Virus record (IMG/VR): IMGVR_UViG_3300025000_000128
Span: 1 to 55,412 of that record
DNA length: 55,412 bases
From: a virus
Taxonomy: Duplodnaviria; Caudoviricetes
Reading direction: 5' to 3' (one strand)
In this document: one piece after another, positions 1 through 10,300 of the stretch
How positions within the stretch are numbered: position 1 is the first letter of the stretch
Layout: each line of letters begins with the position of its first letter
Translations under genes and position numbers: made by a program
Notes under the pieces: model-generated
Database searches by the model: none
Told to the model about the DNA's origin: nothing
What the model saw: only the letters and a program-made list of their open reading frames with translations

Positions 1-88
1 CATAATCAGCAGAACTACCATATTTGATTAGTTTGATTATGCCTGAAGATATTAAGTAATCCATTTCTTGTTTTGTGATCTGTTTCAA
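1..88 (-). CDS. hypothetical protein, 5' part only (runs off window)
   Basis: TTG start at 88 with AAGGAG RBS; reads MKQITKQEMDYLISSGIIKLIKYGSSADY. Confidence 0.6.
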   Translation of the reverse strand, partial: MKQITKQEMDYLISSGIIKLIKYGSSADY

Positions 89-144
89 ATTGTATTATTG
101 ATGCTCCTTTTAATTTGGAGTTTATTTGTTTATTGCTTGTTACA

Positions 145-176
145 TTTTATAAGATGATCGACCACATCTTATAAAA
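145..176. other. 12-bp perfect stem-loop downstream of the RNAP gene
   Basis: TTTTATAAGATG-N8-CATCTTATAAAA. Confidence 0.6.
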
Positions 177-340
177 CGTTGATTAGGGTACGACATCTCT
201 TAAGTTTGTATATTAGACCATTTCCTTTATAGACATTTATTGAAAAAACCAATCAAACCGTTGGTACAGGCGGGTTTGAGGCACTTATTTAGTTTTATAC
301 AATTTTATATAATCGCTGTAATCCGCCTATAGTAAGGGTT

Positions 341-2968
341 TCAAGGTTTTTCAGTTTGCGTAACATTTTTCTCTCTCATCTTCCTCATTCTCAATTTAGC
401 ATTATTCTTTTCTTGTTCTTGATGAATTTCCTTTGCACATTCCTTGCAGTATTTATGAGTAAGATTGGATGGACGTATTCTTTTGCCACAAATATTACAA
501 ATAATCGTATGACCAATATTATTTCTTAAATTATCAACTATAATATCTCCAAAACATTCCCATAATGTTGTTTTGTAATTAGATTCTTTATGCTTGTATA
601 AATATTCTACGAGCACATCTGTAACATAATCAATATCATCGTTAACTTTCAAAATCTCATATCTGATAAGTTTATACAAATATAAAATATTCCCAATCTT
701 CCCATCATTGCCGTTTTTATTAATAATAAAATGTTTTTTCAAATCTAATTCAATATATTTGTCTATTATAGTTTTATCTAATTCAATACTCCTATTCTTT
801 AAAAGCATCTTGTAATTAAATTTTCCAATATTAGTTGAAGAAAATTTAATATTTGGATTTGGTATTATTTTTTCCAATCTGTTCACAACACTATTGTTCT
901 TTTTCTCAACTTTATCCTTTGTTTTGTCTTTAGCATAAATAAAGAAATGTGGTGTTTTTGACTTTGTGTATTTGGTTATTAATTCTTTTTTGTTTTTCGG
1001 TCTGTTTGGTTTATACAGTGTTTTTGCATAATCTATTGTAAAGTTATTTTCCATACACAATAATTTAATTGCTTCTATGGCATCAGAATTGACATTTTCA
1101 CTGTTCCATATTTTTGTGACATCATTACTTTTCATTCCAATATTTCCACCTGTATAAGCAGTTTTTAAACCATTATATATACTTTCATTTGTTATTAATT
1201 CTGCTTCTGCTTTTTTCATCTTATAATATAAAGGAACTATACCTTTCATATTTCTTTCAGATATTTCAACTAAATTATTGTCCGCAACGACAAGACTTTT
1301 ATCCCCATCTACGTCAAATTGTAAAATTTTACTTATTAAATCATGGCAACTAGTATATAATCCATTTGTGATGAACCATTTGTTTTTTACTTCATCTATC
1401 ACATTATTTCGTACAGCATGTTCCCTGAATAAATGTGGACTTCTCAAACAATCTAATTTATCTACCCCCTTATATATTTTACAATGTACTTCTCCATCTC
1501 TTAGTAAGCCTCTTGGTTTCTTTTCTCCTAAAAATAAATTCTCACAAAAAGCATATAAATCAGGAATAATAAATGTATATGAAGACATCAACTCAAGTTT
1601 CCCTGCTCTGGCCTCTTTAACCATACTCTTTTTAGTTTCTCTCAAAATTTGTTTGCTATATGTATCATTTAATAATTCAGGATAAATATCTAAAGCTTGT
1701 TGAAAATAGTTTTTCTTTAAATTAGATTTTTTTACTCCTAATACCTTAAGCATTGTTTTTCTATCCTTACCAATGTTACGTATATTATATATTGTTTTTA
1801 CGCTTAAAGTTTTTAATTCCTCATCAGACATATCAATAAGAGTTTGTAACATTTGATAATTTATTTTTGCATCTGAAAACTCATCTTCCTCCTCATTACA
1901 TTTTCCTGCTTGACAATTATATAAATTATAATAACGTATATAATCTTCCCAACTCTTATAATATTTCCACATCTTAAATTGACTTTTTGTAAAGATAATT
2001 TCTATCCCTTCTTTTATAATATCGTGTTCTTTATTATAAATATCTTTTATAATTCCATGATTTTTTTCTGGATTTAATTTGTTTGCTTCTTTTATAAAAA
2101 TATCATAAGAAAATGGAGAAATTAACCCCTTAATCCACGGCAATCTGACCATCATGTTCTTCTTACTTACTTTTGGTAAACAAATTCCACAACCATCAGT
2201 GTGAGCAACTGGTACTGCTATTACATCTCTTACTATTGTATATGTTTTATCATTAATTATATCTACTAAACCGCTAATGTTGGTTTCAAAATCTTCAACA
2301 ACTATTGATTTAGTAATATCAAAATCTTCCCAAGCATCTGTTGCACTATTGCTTAAAGCTAAGTATGCTAAATATTTATTAATATTTACTCCACCTAAAT
2401 CGTTAATCTTATTAATATTTAATCCACACATAAGGGTATTCTGATATTTATTTAAAACTCTTTCTCTAACAAAAACTGTCTTTTTGGTTCGTATTTGTCC
2501 TGCACTAGCGGTCAGACAAACATATTTATCTTTTTTATACATGAATCCATCAAGTATGATATCTTCAATCACATCAAAGAAATATGTTTGAACAATTATA
2601 AAATCTGTTGATAAAGTATTTTCTGGTATTTGTATAGTTCTAGTTAGTACAGAATCAAATACTGATATTATATTTTTTTCATTAAAGGAATTAGTATTTA
2701 ATTTTCTAATTCCTTTATGTTGACTAAAAATAGAATATATTCCTTCTTTATTGTATTTAATTGATCTATTTATATCAGCAATATATTCGTCTAATTCTTT
2801 TGCTTCAATATCATCGTCTTTAAATTTTATTTTTAATAAATTTAATTCATTTCTATACCTATACAATTCATTTAATTTATTATGTATTTTCATTTCTCTT
2901 TTATTATAAAAACAACTCGTATCAACACTATAAATATGTATTTGTTTATTTAAACTAATATTCTCCAC
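341..2968 (-). CDS. yonO: YonO-like single-subunit DNA-dependent RNA polymerase (RdRP-related fold), C-terminal Zn ribbon
   Basis: 875 aa; catalytic DxDGD in LQFDVDGDKSLV, HTDGCG, RLPWIKG, CLRSPHL, SAGQIRTKK; C-terminal CNICG..YCKEC. Confidence 0.88.
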   Translation of the reverse strand: MENISLNKQIHIYSVDTSCFYNKREMKIHNKLNELYRYRNELNLLKIKFKDDDIEAKELDEYIADINRSIKYNKEGIYSIFSQHKGIRKLNTNSFNEKNIISVFDSVLTRTIQIPENTLSTDFIIVQTYFFDVIEDIILDGFMYKKDKYVCLTASAGQIRTKKTVFVRERVLNKYQNTLMCGLNINKINDLGGVNINKYLAYLALSNSATDAWEDFDITKSIVVEDFETNISGLVDIINDKTYTIVRDVIAVPVAHTDGCGICLPKVSKKNMMVRLPWIKGLISPFSYDIFIKEANKLNPEKNHGIIKDIYNKEHDIIKEGIEIIFTKSQFKMWKYYKSWEDYIRYYNLYNCQAGKCNEEEDEFSDAKINYQMLQTLIDMSDEELKTLSVKTIYNIRNIGKDRKTMLKVLGVKKSNLKKNYFQQALDIYPELLNDTYSKQILRETKKSMVKEARAGKLELMSSYTFIIPDLYAFCENLFLGEKKPRGLLRDGEVHCKIYKGVDKLDCLRSPHLFREHAVRNNVIDEVKNKWFITNGLYTSCHDLISKILQFDVDGDKSLVVADNNLVEISERNMKGIVPLYYKMKKAEAELITNESIYNGLKTAYTGGNIGMKSNDVTKIWNSENVNSDAIEAIKLLCMENNFTIDYAKTLYKPNRPKNKKELITKYTKSKTPHFFIYAKDKTKDKVEKKNNSVVNRLEKIIPNPNIKFSSTNIGKFNYKMLLKNRSIELDKTIIDKYIELDLKKHFIINKNGNDGKIGNILYLYKLIRYEILKVNDDIDYVTDVLVEYLYKHKESNYKTTLWECFGDIIVDNLRNNIGHTIICNICGKRIRPSNLTHKYCKECAKEIHQEQEKNNAKLRMRKMREKNVTQTEKP

Positions 2969-2984
2969 TCTCCCTTATATTATA

Positions 2985-3983
2985 TTATTTTTTGGTTATT
3001 GTATTAAGAAACTCACTCAATTGTTCACCTATGTAATTATAATACCAATCACGATCTTTAAATATTTTTCTACCATTGTAATATTCAAGTCTAAATAATG
3101 GTATATTATTATCTTTACAGTATTTATCCTTTGTTTTATCTCTTTCTCTTGCTTTTACTCTTCTTGGTTGTTTTGGATTACCTCTATGTTCTTCATCATC
3201 TATTTCTACTATCCCTAATAATTTATTATCATTATCTAATATTCCAAAGTCATATTTTAGATGTTCACCATTTTCTCCCATCAAATCGTCAAAAGTATAT
3301 TGCACTCTAATATTATGATTAGGATAACTATCTATTAAATAATCATAAGGAACTTTTTCAGAATACACTAAGTTACATATCGGACACCAACGACCCTTCC
3401 TAAGATTTAAAGGCATTATATCCCAAATATAATTATGCTCATTACATTTTACTGATAAATGTATTCCTGCTCCTTCATATGTACCTAGTAATGTTCCATT
3501 TTTACTATTTACTATGTCTTCCATTTCTTTTTGGAATTCTCCAGTTCTTCCATAGCAAGTTGGACACCATTGAGGTTTATTTAACAAACTATCAGCATTA
3601 CTAAAGAAATTTGGATGTCCATCTATTTTGCAATCTACTTCATATAAATCTTTTGCTATAGTCCATTCTGTACTTATTAATTCACCTCCCATCGATCTAC
3701 AATATTCCTGTAATCTTCTAAATTGATAACTTTTATCTTTTATTGCTACCTTTGCTTTTTCACTCTTTAACTCTATATCACATTTCTTACATGGTTGAAA
3801 GCAACTTGCTAATACATTTTTAGCGTTTAAGGTTTTATATGTATCGCCATGTTTTTCACAATGATAAACAAAATCTATTGGTTCTGTACCTCCCAGATAT
3901 TCGCTTAATATTTCTACTTTATCACCACGTTTTGCAAACACTTTCTGTTTATATGTATCTGTTGACTGTAATTTTACTCCCAA
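2985..3983 (-). CDS. Zn-ribbon-repeat protein with C-terminal DUF2726/Vsr-like PD-(D/E)xK nuclease; likely homing endonuclease
   Basis: CEKHG, CKKC, WCPTC, WCPIC; LKYDFGI..VEIDDEEH..RDKTKDKYCKDNNIPLFRL. Confidence 0.75.
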   Translation of the reverse strand: MGVKLQSTDTYKQKVFAKRGDKVEILSEYLGGTEPIDFVYHCEKHGDTYKTLNAKNVLASCFQPCKKCDIELKSEKAKVAIKDKSYQFRRLQEYCRSMGGELISTEWTIAKDLYEVDCKIDGHPNFFSNADSLLNKPQWCPTCYGRTGEFQKEMEDIVNSKNGTLLGTYEGAGIHLSVKCNEHNYIWDIMPLNLRKGRWCPICNLVYSEKVPYDYLIDSYPNHNIRVQYTFDDLMGENGEHLKYDFGILDNDNKLLGIVEIDDEEHRGNPKQPRRVKARERDKTKDKYCKDNNIPLFRLEYYNGRKIFKDRDWYYNYIGEQLSEFLNTITKK

Positions 3984-4096
3984 GTATCATATCCTCCTAT
4001 TTATTTTTATTATTATATTTATTTATTAATTTGTTAGTATATGGATAGATATGATAATTTTGTATCTATCCATATACTTAATTATTTCAATAAACC

Positions 4097-4501
4097 CTAA
4101 TCCAACTGTCTCATTCTATAATCTCCATAATTCTTACCAGTCTTTAAACACATTAATGCTTCTGTAACAGATTCAAATATAGTTCTTATTCTTAACGATT
4201 CTCCTTTCTCTACAGCAAAAAACTTATATCCGTTATTTTTCAAAACTTCATTATACATTTGTAAAAATTCAGGTTCCTTATATCTCCAAGTAGTAATGCC
4301 ATTTTTCTTATAATTATGAGGATTTACCATAATACCATCGAAATAATCACCTATTTTCTCTATATGAATAGTAACTCCATCCTCAAATTGACAAGCAAAT
4401 GAATCAGTTTTATTTAAATGTCCTACCACATCTGAATAATTGTTTTTAATTTCAATAATATTTAATTTTGGTCTTTTATTATTGCTTTTATGTTTACTCA
4501 T
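4097..4501 (-). CDS. hypothetical protein
   Basis: 134 aa ORF coupled to upstream ORF. Confidence 0.7.
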   Translation of the reverse strand: MSKHKSNNKRPKLNIIEIKNNYSDVVGHLNKTDSFACQFEDGVTIHIEKIGDYFDGIMVNPHNYKKNGITTWRYKEPEFLQMYNEVLKNNGYKFFAVEKGESLRIRTIFESVTEALMCLKTGKNYGDYRMRQLD

Positions 4502-4503
4502 TA

Positions 4504-4884
4504 TTAAACATCCTTCCTATTGTAAATATAGTTAAATTCCTCAATAGTTAATTTATCATCTTTACCTTTTCCAATTTCTATCTTATATTTCTCAATCTTT
4601 TCATCCATTTCTGCAACTCCTTTGTCAACTTCTGCACGATACTCTGGATCGTTCTCATAATCTAAATCCATATAATAATTATCATAAGAACTTAAATAGC
4701 AAACTTCAACATTTCCAACTAATTCAGATAGTTTGCGGAATGCTCTTTTCTCATCTAACTGAAGTGAACCAGTATTTATACGAACTAATTCTACACTCTT
4801 ACCATCTTTATAATCACTAATTAATACGCCTCTATAGGATTTAGTATCGCCTTCATCATAATCAATTGATAAAAAATATCTCAT
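4504..4884 (-). CDS. hypothetical protein
   Basis: 126 aa, AAGGAG RBS. Confidence 0.75.
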   Translation of the reverse strand: MRYFLSIDYDEGDTKSYRGVLISDYKDGKSVELVRINTGSLQLDEKRAFRKLSELVGNVEVCYLSSYDNYYMDLDYENDPEYRAEVDKGVAEMDEKIEKYKIEIGKGKDDKLTIEEFNYIYNRKDV

Positions 4885-4930
4885 TAATTAACACTCCTTC
4901 TTATAATAAAATTAAATTTATATTAACCAA

Positions 4931-5368
4931 CTAACAATCCATAATCAAATCTTGAATCATATCATACAATTCATCCTTCTTAACTCCATAAATCACATCA
5001 CTCTTCTGACTAACCATTCCTTGTGTCCACTCAAATACATTCCTACTCACAAACTTACCATCAATATAAAATGGCTTACTACCTTTATAATCAAATATTG
5101 CACCAATAGTTTCTTCACGCTCTTCATGTTCTGGTTTATGCTTATATTTATACTGATTAAACTTAACCTCTACCCATAGCTCACTTCTCATTTTATCCTT
5201 AAAACATCTCATACCCTCATCCATATATTCTTGATACTCAACCAATACTTCTGTTTGTCTTGATGCCAATGCTCCTAATTTCTCTTCAATAAATTCTTCT
5301 ATTCTTTCTGTGAGATCAACTTCTAATTCATCTAAATCCAATTCTGTAATAATAAAATTCTTATCCAT
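4931..5368 (-). CDS. hypothetical acidic protein
   Basis: 145 aa, GAAGGA RBS. Confidence 0.75.
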   Translation of the reverse strand: MDKNFIITELDLDELEVDLTERIEEFIEEKLGALASRQTEVLVEYQEYMDEGMRCFKDKMRSELWVEVKFNQYKYKHKPEHEEREETIGAIFDYKGSKPFYIDGKFVSRNVFEWTQGMVSQKSDVIYGVKKDELYDMIQDLIMDC

Positions 5369-5395
5369 ATTTATTTCCTTCTTTCATATAAATTT

Positions 5396-5878
5396 TTATT
5401 TTCTTTTGTCTAAATCACTTAACCATTTCTTTTTATAATTATAACTAGAATTTAAAGGAGCATAATTACCACTCCCACCATTAGTTCCATCAATATAACC
5501 AATTCCTATATCACATGATTTTGGGACACCTAACTCTATTACTTCTTCACCAACTACCTTAGTAATATTATTTATTTCCATTTTCTTTTCAATACCTAAT
5601 TGAAATAATTCAGGATTAATATAATACTCACCTCTATTATCATAATTACTAAATTCTACTCCACCAATCATATTTTCATAGAAATCATAATAGAATATTC
5701 TCTCTGATACAGTATTTAACTCATAATCCTTAATATATTCATCATTTTTACTCATAAAATCTTGATATTCCTCTTTTGACACTTTAATATGATCAGGTTT
5801 AAGTTTTTCTACTATTTCTATTTGTGGAATAATCATTTTCATGTCTAATATTTCTTTAATTGCATATTTTTTAGTCAA
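5396..5878 (-). CDS. hypothetical protein
   Basis: 160 aa, TTG start, AAGGAG RBS. Confidence 0.7.
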   Translation of the reverse strand: MTKKYAIKEILDMKMIIPQIEIVEKLKPDHIKVSKEEYQDFMSKNDEYIKDYELNTVSERIFYYDFYENMIGGVEFSNYDNRGEYYINPELFQLGIEKKMEINNITKVVGEEVIELGVPKSCDIGIGYIDGTNGGSGNYAPLNSSYNYKKKWLSDLDKRK

Positions 5879-5926
5879 TTATATTTTTCTCCTTTTCAAA
5901 TAAAACTCACCTTCTATTGTAATTGT

Positions 5927-6130
5927 TTATGTAATTTCCCTACACTCCACAACATCAATTCCATGATAATCCTTACAATCCAAACAATAAATTAAATCAT
6001 CATCTTTTCCAATAAATATATCTTCAACTCTAATTAATTCTTCACCACAAATTCCACAATTCTCAGAAATATAATCTAAATCATTATTATTATCTACCTC
6101 CTTATGAGACAATACTTTTTGTGTCTTCAT
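5927..6130 (-). CDS. small Zn-finger protein
   Basis: CGICG..CLDC; GGAGG RBS. Confidence 0.7.
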   Translation of the reverse strand: MKTQKVLSHKEVDNNNDLDYISENCGICGEELIRVEDIFIGKDDDLIYCLDCKDYHGIDVVECREIT

Positions 6131-6530
6131 GTTTTGTCATTTCCTCCGTTGTATCTAAAAACTCTCCAATAGAATCTGTTAAATCAATCAACGTCAGTTC
6201 AACATTAGTATCTAACAACTCAAATAATGTTTTTTCTAATGAAAAATTTCCAACAAAATAAGATTCGACTTTTGTATTATAGTTCTCTCTACCAATAATT
6301 AATTTTCCAAAACCTTTATGCTCTTTGCCTGTAATGTATTCTACTAATTTTACTTCAATTAATTTATCAATCGTATTTTTAGAAGAAAAAATTGTGTCTA
6401 GAATTTTAGTTACTGATTTGGTTGAGTTGTCGATTAGTGATGTTATTATGTAGTTTGGTTTATTTGGTTTGTTGGAGATGAAGGGGATTTCTAATAAGGA
6501 TATTGTGCCATTGAGTATTAATTTTTGCAT
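6102..6530 (-). CDS. hypothetical protein
   Basis: 142 aa, AGAGG RBS. Confidence 0.7.
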   Translation of the reverse strand: MQKLILNGTISLLEIPFISNKPNKPNYIITSLIDNSTKSVTKILDTIFSSKNTIDKLIEVKLVEYITGKEHKGFGKLIIGRENYNTKVESYFVGNFSLEKTLFELLDTNVELTLIDLTDSIGEFLDTTEEMTKHEDTKSIVS

Positions 6531-6841
6531 TTGTAAAACCTCTTTCTATAATTTTATTTTTGCATTTTATATTATTTTGTAAATGTATGATTTTCATAAT
6601 TTACCTACCATCAAGGCAAGGTAAATTAGTGTATTTTTATGATTTTGTCCAAAAGTACCTCAAACCCTACTGTCATAAGGGATACAGAGATTATCTTACC
6701 TTAATTATGTGCCTTAATATCGACTCTATTTGCCTCGCTAATTACTCATAGGTAAGATTGTGTCAAATAGATTCTTTAGACGCTTAGAAGGGTCGTTTTA
6801 TGATTTTAGTATTATAAATATATTGTAAAATTATTTTATTT

Positions 6842-7237
6842 CTAGTTTTCAATAGATTCTTCTTTTAACTTTTGTTTCTCTTTTTCTTTCTTCTGTCGAA
6901 GTTTCAATTCTTTGAGTTGTTCATTTTTTCCTTTAATCTGAAAACGAAGGATTTTATGTACTTTATGTATATCACTTTCATTGAACCTTATAACTGCCTC
7001 AGTGCAAGTGTCATTACTAATATATTCCCATACTTTAATATTTTCTTCTTCACACTTTGACATAAAAGATTTGGAACTTGATCCAGTTGGAAAATATATT
7101 GAGAGAGTGGATGAATCGTGGCGATAAATTTCTGTGTTGTAGTGGCCTTTTAGGTAATTATCATCTTTGTTTTTTGATTTTGTATTGTCTGTGTTTAATG
7201 TATGATAGACGAAATATGTACCAATGTATTTAAGTAT
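6842..7237 (-). CDS. hypothetical protein, probably 131 aa from an ATA start
   Basis: ORF 6842..7063 stays open 58 codons upstream to ATA at 7237, just after AAGGAGGTG. Confidence 0.6.
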   Translation of the reverse strand: MLKYIGTYFVYHTLNTDNTKSKNKDDNYLKGHYNTEIYRHDSSTLSIYFPTGSSSKSFMSKCEEENIKVWEYISNDTCTEAVIRFNESDIHKVHKILRFQIKGKNEQLKELKLRQKKEKEKQKLKEESIEN

Positions 7238-7356
7238 TTCTTCTCACCTCCTTTATATTAATATATTTTACTTATTGGATTTTTAGGCAAGGGGTAGGTT
7301 TGTGATTATTGTGATGATGAATGTGTAAAATGTACCCGCCCCTTGCCTATGTGATA

Positions 7357-7385
7357 ATTATAGCATTTTGATGATTAGATGTCAA
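7357..7385 (-). promoter_or_regulatory. sigmaA promoter
   Basis: TTGACA-17-TATAAT with extended TG; leader hairpin AGGCAAGGGG..CCCCTTGCCT at ~7286-7348. Confidence 0.8.
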
Positions 7386-7415
7386 GTAATAATATTATTT
7401 TTATGTTTAGTAAAT

Positions 7416-10244
7416 TTAATTATGTAATTCGTGTCCAATATCCTTGTATCTCATTAATAAATATCTTTTAATACTATCTGACAGTTCGATCATTCCAGAG
7501 CACCTAGAAATTGCCACGTAACAACAAAAAACTTCTTCTGATATATCTTTAACTAACTTCTTTTTGTCTCCATAATCCTCATCTTTTTTAAGATACTTAT
7601 TCTTATAAGTAACCTCTAAATCTAAATGATCATTACTAATATAAACAGGCATACTCAGTGTTAATCCCTTGCTTTTATGAATTGTAGAAAATATAATATC
7701 TGCTTTATCCTTATCTGTAACAGTATTATTTTTAATTCCATCTACAATATCAATAATACGTGAACCATATTTATCTACCATTCTGATTAAAGAAAGTATT
7801 TCGATATCATTTGTGTCCTCTGCATATGTTTTCATTTTATAGTAGTCTTCAAACTTAGCAAATAGTTTATTCTTTGTAGGATGTCCTTGACTGTAAAAAA
7901 GACACTCCTTAAGTGATTGAAATGAGTAAGAAGAATATCCTCCAACAAAGAAAAGCTTTTTATTCTTATCTTCACTTAATGCTTCAGCAATTTCAGCAAA
8001 TATGTAAGCATTTGTTCTACATAAACAAGCGTATGGTTTAGATTTATCTATTTTATCAACTATAGTTTGTTTGGAGTTAAATCCTTTCATTTTAATATTA
8101 TCACCAATGAAGTCAGAGATAATTAGGTTTTCTATATGAGCAATGTTATTAGATACTCTAAATGATGTTGTGAGTTTATATTCTTTTGCATCAAATAATG
8201 GCATGATATTTACAGCCTTTCTCCATGAGTACAATTGCTGATAGCAGTCACCCACAATTATTAGTTTTGGTACATTTGAATTTTTAAGTATATCAAACAT
8301 CATCATTGAAGAATCTTGACAATTATGTACTACTACTCCAGAAGCATTCTTATTAGATGTTTTCTGAGTGATAAAATTATGATTATCTGCTACTTCAATA
8401 TCATATACATTATCATTAGATACTTTATGTATTGACTTGATATAATTTCCACCATGATTTAAATATATGTTATTATACTCACAAACATTATTAGTAATAT
8501 TTATATTTGTCTTATATTGCATTGTTGGATGCATATATGGAGAAATTAATTTTAAAAATCTATTTGCCGATTCTTTATTTAATCTAAGATAATAATATTT
8601 ACCTTTTGTTTTTGATATTAGAAATTCTATATCATATTTATTAAGAATAATATCTCTTAAATATGTTGTTTGTTCTAATGTTAATTGATTTGAATTTATA
8701 GAAATACCACCACTAGTATGATAAGTACCATCATCTTGATACCATATTGCTAATCCTAATGGTTCAATATCATTTAGTAATACCATAGGATCATTCTCAA
8801 GTAAAAATACCTTCGTAGAATTAGATTGATAGACAGATAATTTTTTAGTATATCCACTCTCTATCATTTTGTATGATAAATCAAATGCTTTAATTTTAGA
8901 TTTAAAATATTCAAATTGCTTTTCTCCTTGTGTAAAACTTAATCTATAAGTGTTAAATTTACTTTGTTTAGCCAAACTTCCATCACCAAGAAATGAACCC
9001 ATTATAATTTGTATTTGATCATCATTTGGTTTGTATTTAGTTTTCTGATTAAATGTATTATCTAGAATCATAGAATCTTTTCCAACAATTAAATCCTCTG
9101 CTTTAGTCCATCCTCTTTGCGTCAATATTTTATGATTAGGAGTGCAATGTAGTTTATTTAATCCTTCTGTATGTATCTCTAATAACTCTCTATTTTCACT
9201 CTTTATTGCTGATACAATAGGTTTATATTCAAATAAATCTTTATCAATATTATAACTTAAAGCATTTGGAAGTTTTTCGCCAGATTTATACAATTCATAA
9301 AGTTTCTTAATAGATTTATTACCTTGATCTGTCTTTACATATTGAGATGCTGGCAAACATTCATCTAACATAATAATATCATATTTATTTGATAAATCTG
9401 TCTTAGATAAATGGAACATCTTCAAATAATCATCGTGACTTATTTTCACAGAATTTTTATATTTCTTTTTAAGTTCCCATAATTTTTCACTTAATGCCAG
9501 TATTTTTCCTCTCATATCATCTTCTTTAAATATTTCTAAATCACTAAAAGTTTCTGCTGACGAAAGTGAATACTGTTTCATCATCTCGTTTATTTTTACT
9601 GCAAGTTCCATATCCTTATCCCAGTTAAGATTTAAGTCTTTAATAATATCTACTACACCATAATTAAATGTTAATTTGTCTCTATAGAATTTTCCGACTG
9701 TCTCATATCCGATGGAGTGTAAAGTTCGAATATTTACGTGCTTTTGTGATTGGAAGAGATTTTGGCTCTCTAATTGCATTGATTTGTTGTAAACTACGTA
9801 GAGAATTTTGCTAAAAGGATGTTCTTTTGCAAAATAATATAGAGTGCTTGATTTCGCAGATCCTGTTAAAGCTGATACCTTAACCCTATCCTCTGTACTA
9901 AAAATAATATCCTTCTGTTCTTGAGTTAACCAATACCCTTCTTCTGACATATAATCAGACATTTTTACTTCAACATTATCAAATTGTTTATTATAAAATT
10001 CTGTAGATAAAATATCTGTATCAGATTGTTGGAATATAGATTTATCTTCTTTTATTATAAGTTTCATTTTTGCTTCGCATTGTGATACATTAGGTTCAGT
10101 ATCTTTAGCATGTGAGTAAAATTGCTTGACCGCACCAAAGTTCCTAGTTAATACTTCATGGCAAACAGGACAGGTGTAAATATTATTAGATGTTGACTCT
10201 ATGATATCTACAAGTTTGTTATTTTGGTCATACGCTTTTTTCAT
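7416..10244 (-). CDS. UvrD-like SF1 helicase with N-terminal Zn ribbon, interrupted by an intein
   Basis: ALTGSAKS (motif I variant), YVVYNK, RTLHS, MLDE|CQD, VGDCYQQLYSWR, LTTSFR, STIHKSKGL, YVAISR; N-terminal CPVC. Confidence 0.88.
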   Translation of the reverse strand: MKKAYDQNNKLVDIIESTSNNIYTCPVCHEVLTRNFGAVKQFYSHAKDTEPNVSQCEAKMKLIIKEDKSIFQQSDTDILSTEFYNKQFDNVEVKMSDYMSEEGYWLTQEQKDIIFSTEDRVKVSALTGSAKSSTLYYFAKEHPFSKILYVVYNKSMQLESQNLFQSQKHVNIRTLHSIGYETVGKFYRDKLTFNYGVVDIIKDLNLNWDKDMELAVKINEMMKQYSLSSAETFSDLEIFKEDDMRGKILALSEKLWELKKKYKNSVKISHDDYLKMFHLSKTDLSNKYDIIMLDECLPASQYVKTDQGNKSIKKLYELYKSGEKLPNALSYNIDKDLFEYKPIVSAIKSENRELLEIHTEGLNKLHCTPNHKILTQRGWTKAEDLIVGKDSMILDNTFNQKTKYKPNDDQIQIIMGSFLGDGSLAKQSKFNTYRLSFTQGEKQFEYFKSKIKAFDLSYKMIESGYTKKLSVYQSNSTKVFLLENDPMVLLNDIEPLGLAIWYQDDGTYHTSGGISINSNQLTLEQTTYLRDIILNKYDIEFLISKTKGKYYYLRLNKESANRFLKLISPYMHPTMQYKTNINITNNVCEYNNIYLNHGGNYIKSIHKVSNDNVYDIEVADNHNFITQKTSNKNASGVVVHNCQDSSMMMFDILKNSNVPKLIIVGDCYQQLYSWRKAVNIMPLFDAKEYKLTTSFRVSNNIAHIENLIISDFIGDNIKMKGFNSKQTIVDKIDKSKPYACLCRTNAYIFAEIAEALSEDKNKKLFFVGGYSSYSFQSLKECLFYSQGHPTKNKLFAKFEDYYKMKTYAEDTNDIEILSLIRMVDKYGSRIIDIVDGIKNNTVTDKDKADIIFSTIHKSKGLTLSMPVYISNDHLDLEVTYKNKYLKKDEDYGDKKKLVKDISEEVFCCYVAISRCSGMIELSDSIKRYLLMRYKDIGHELHN
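8322..9359 (-). mobile_element. intein (346 aa) with LAGLIDADG homing endonuclease
   Basis: starts CLPASQYV, block B CTPNHKIL, GSFLGDGS and IWYQDDG motifs, VYDIEVADNHNF, ends VVVHN followed by Cys+1. Confidence 0.92.
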
Positions 10245-10300
10245 TTATTTTTCATCCTCTTTTCTTTCATTCAATTCATTCTCAATCATTTGTAAAACAT

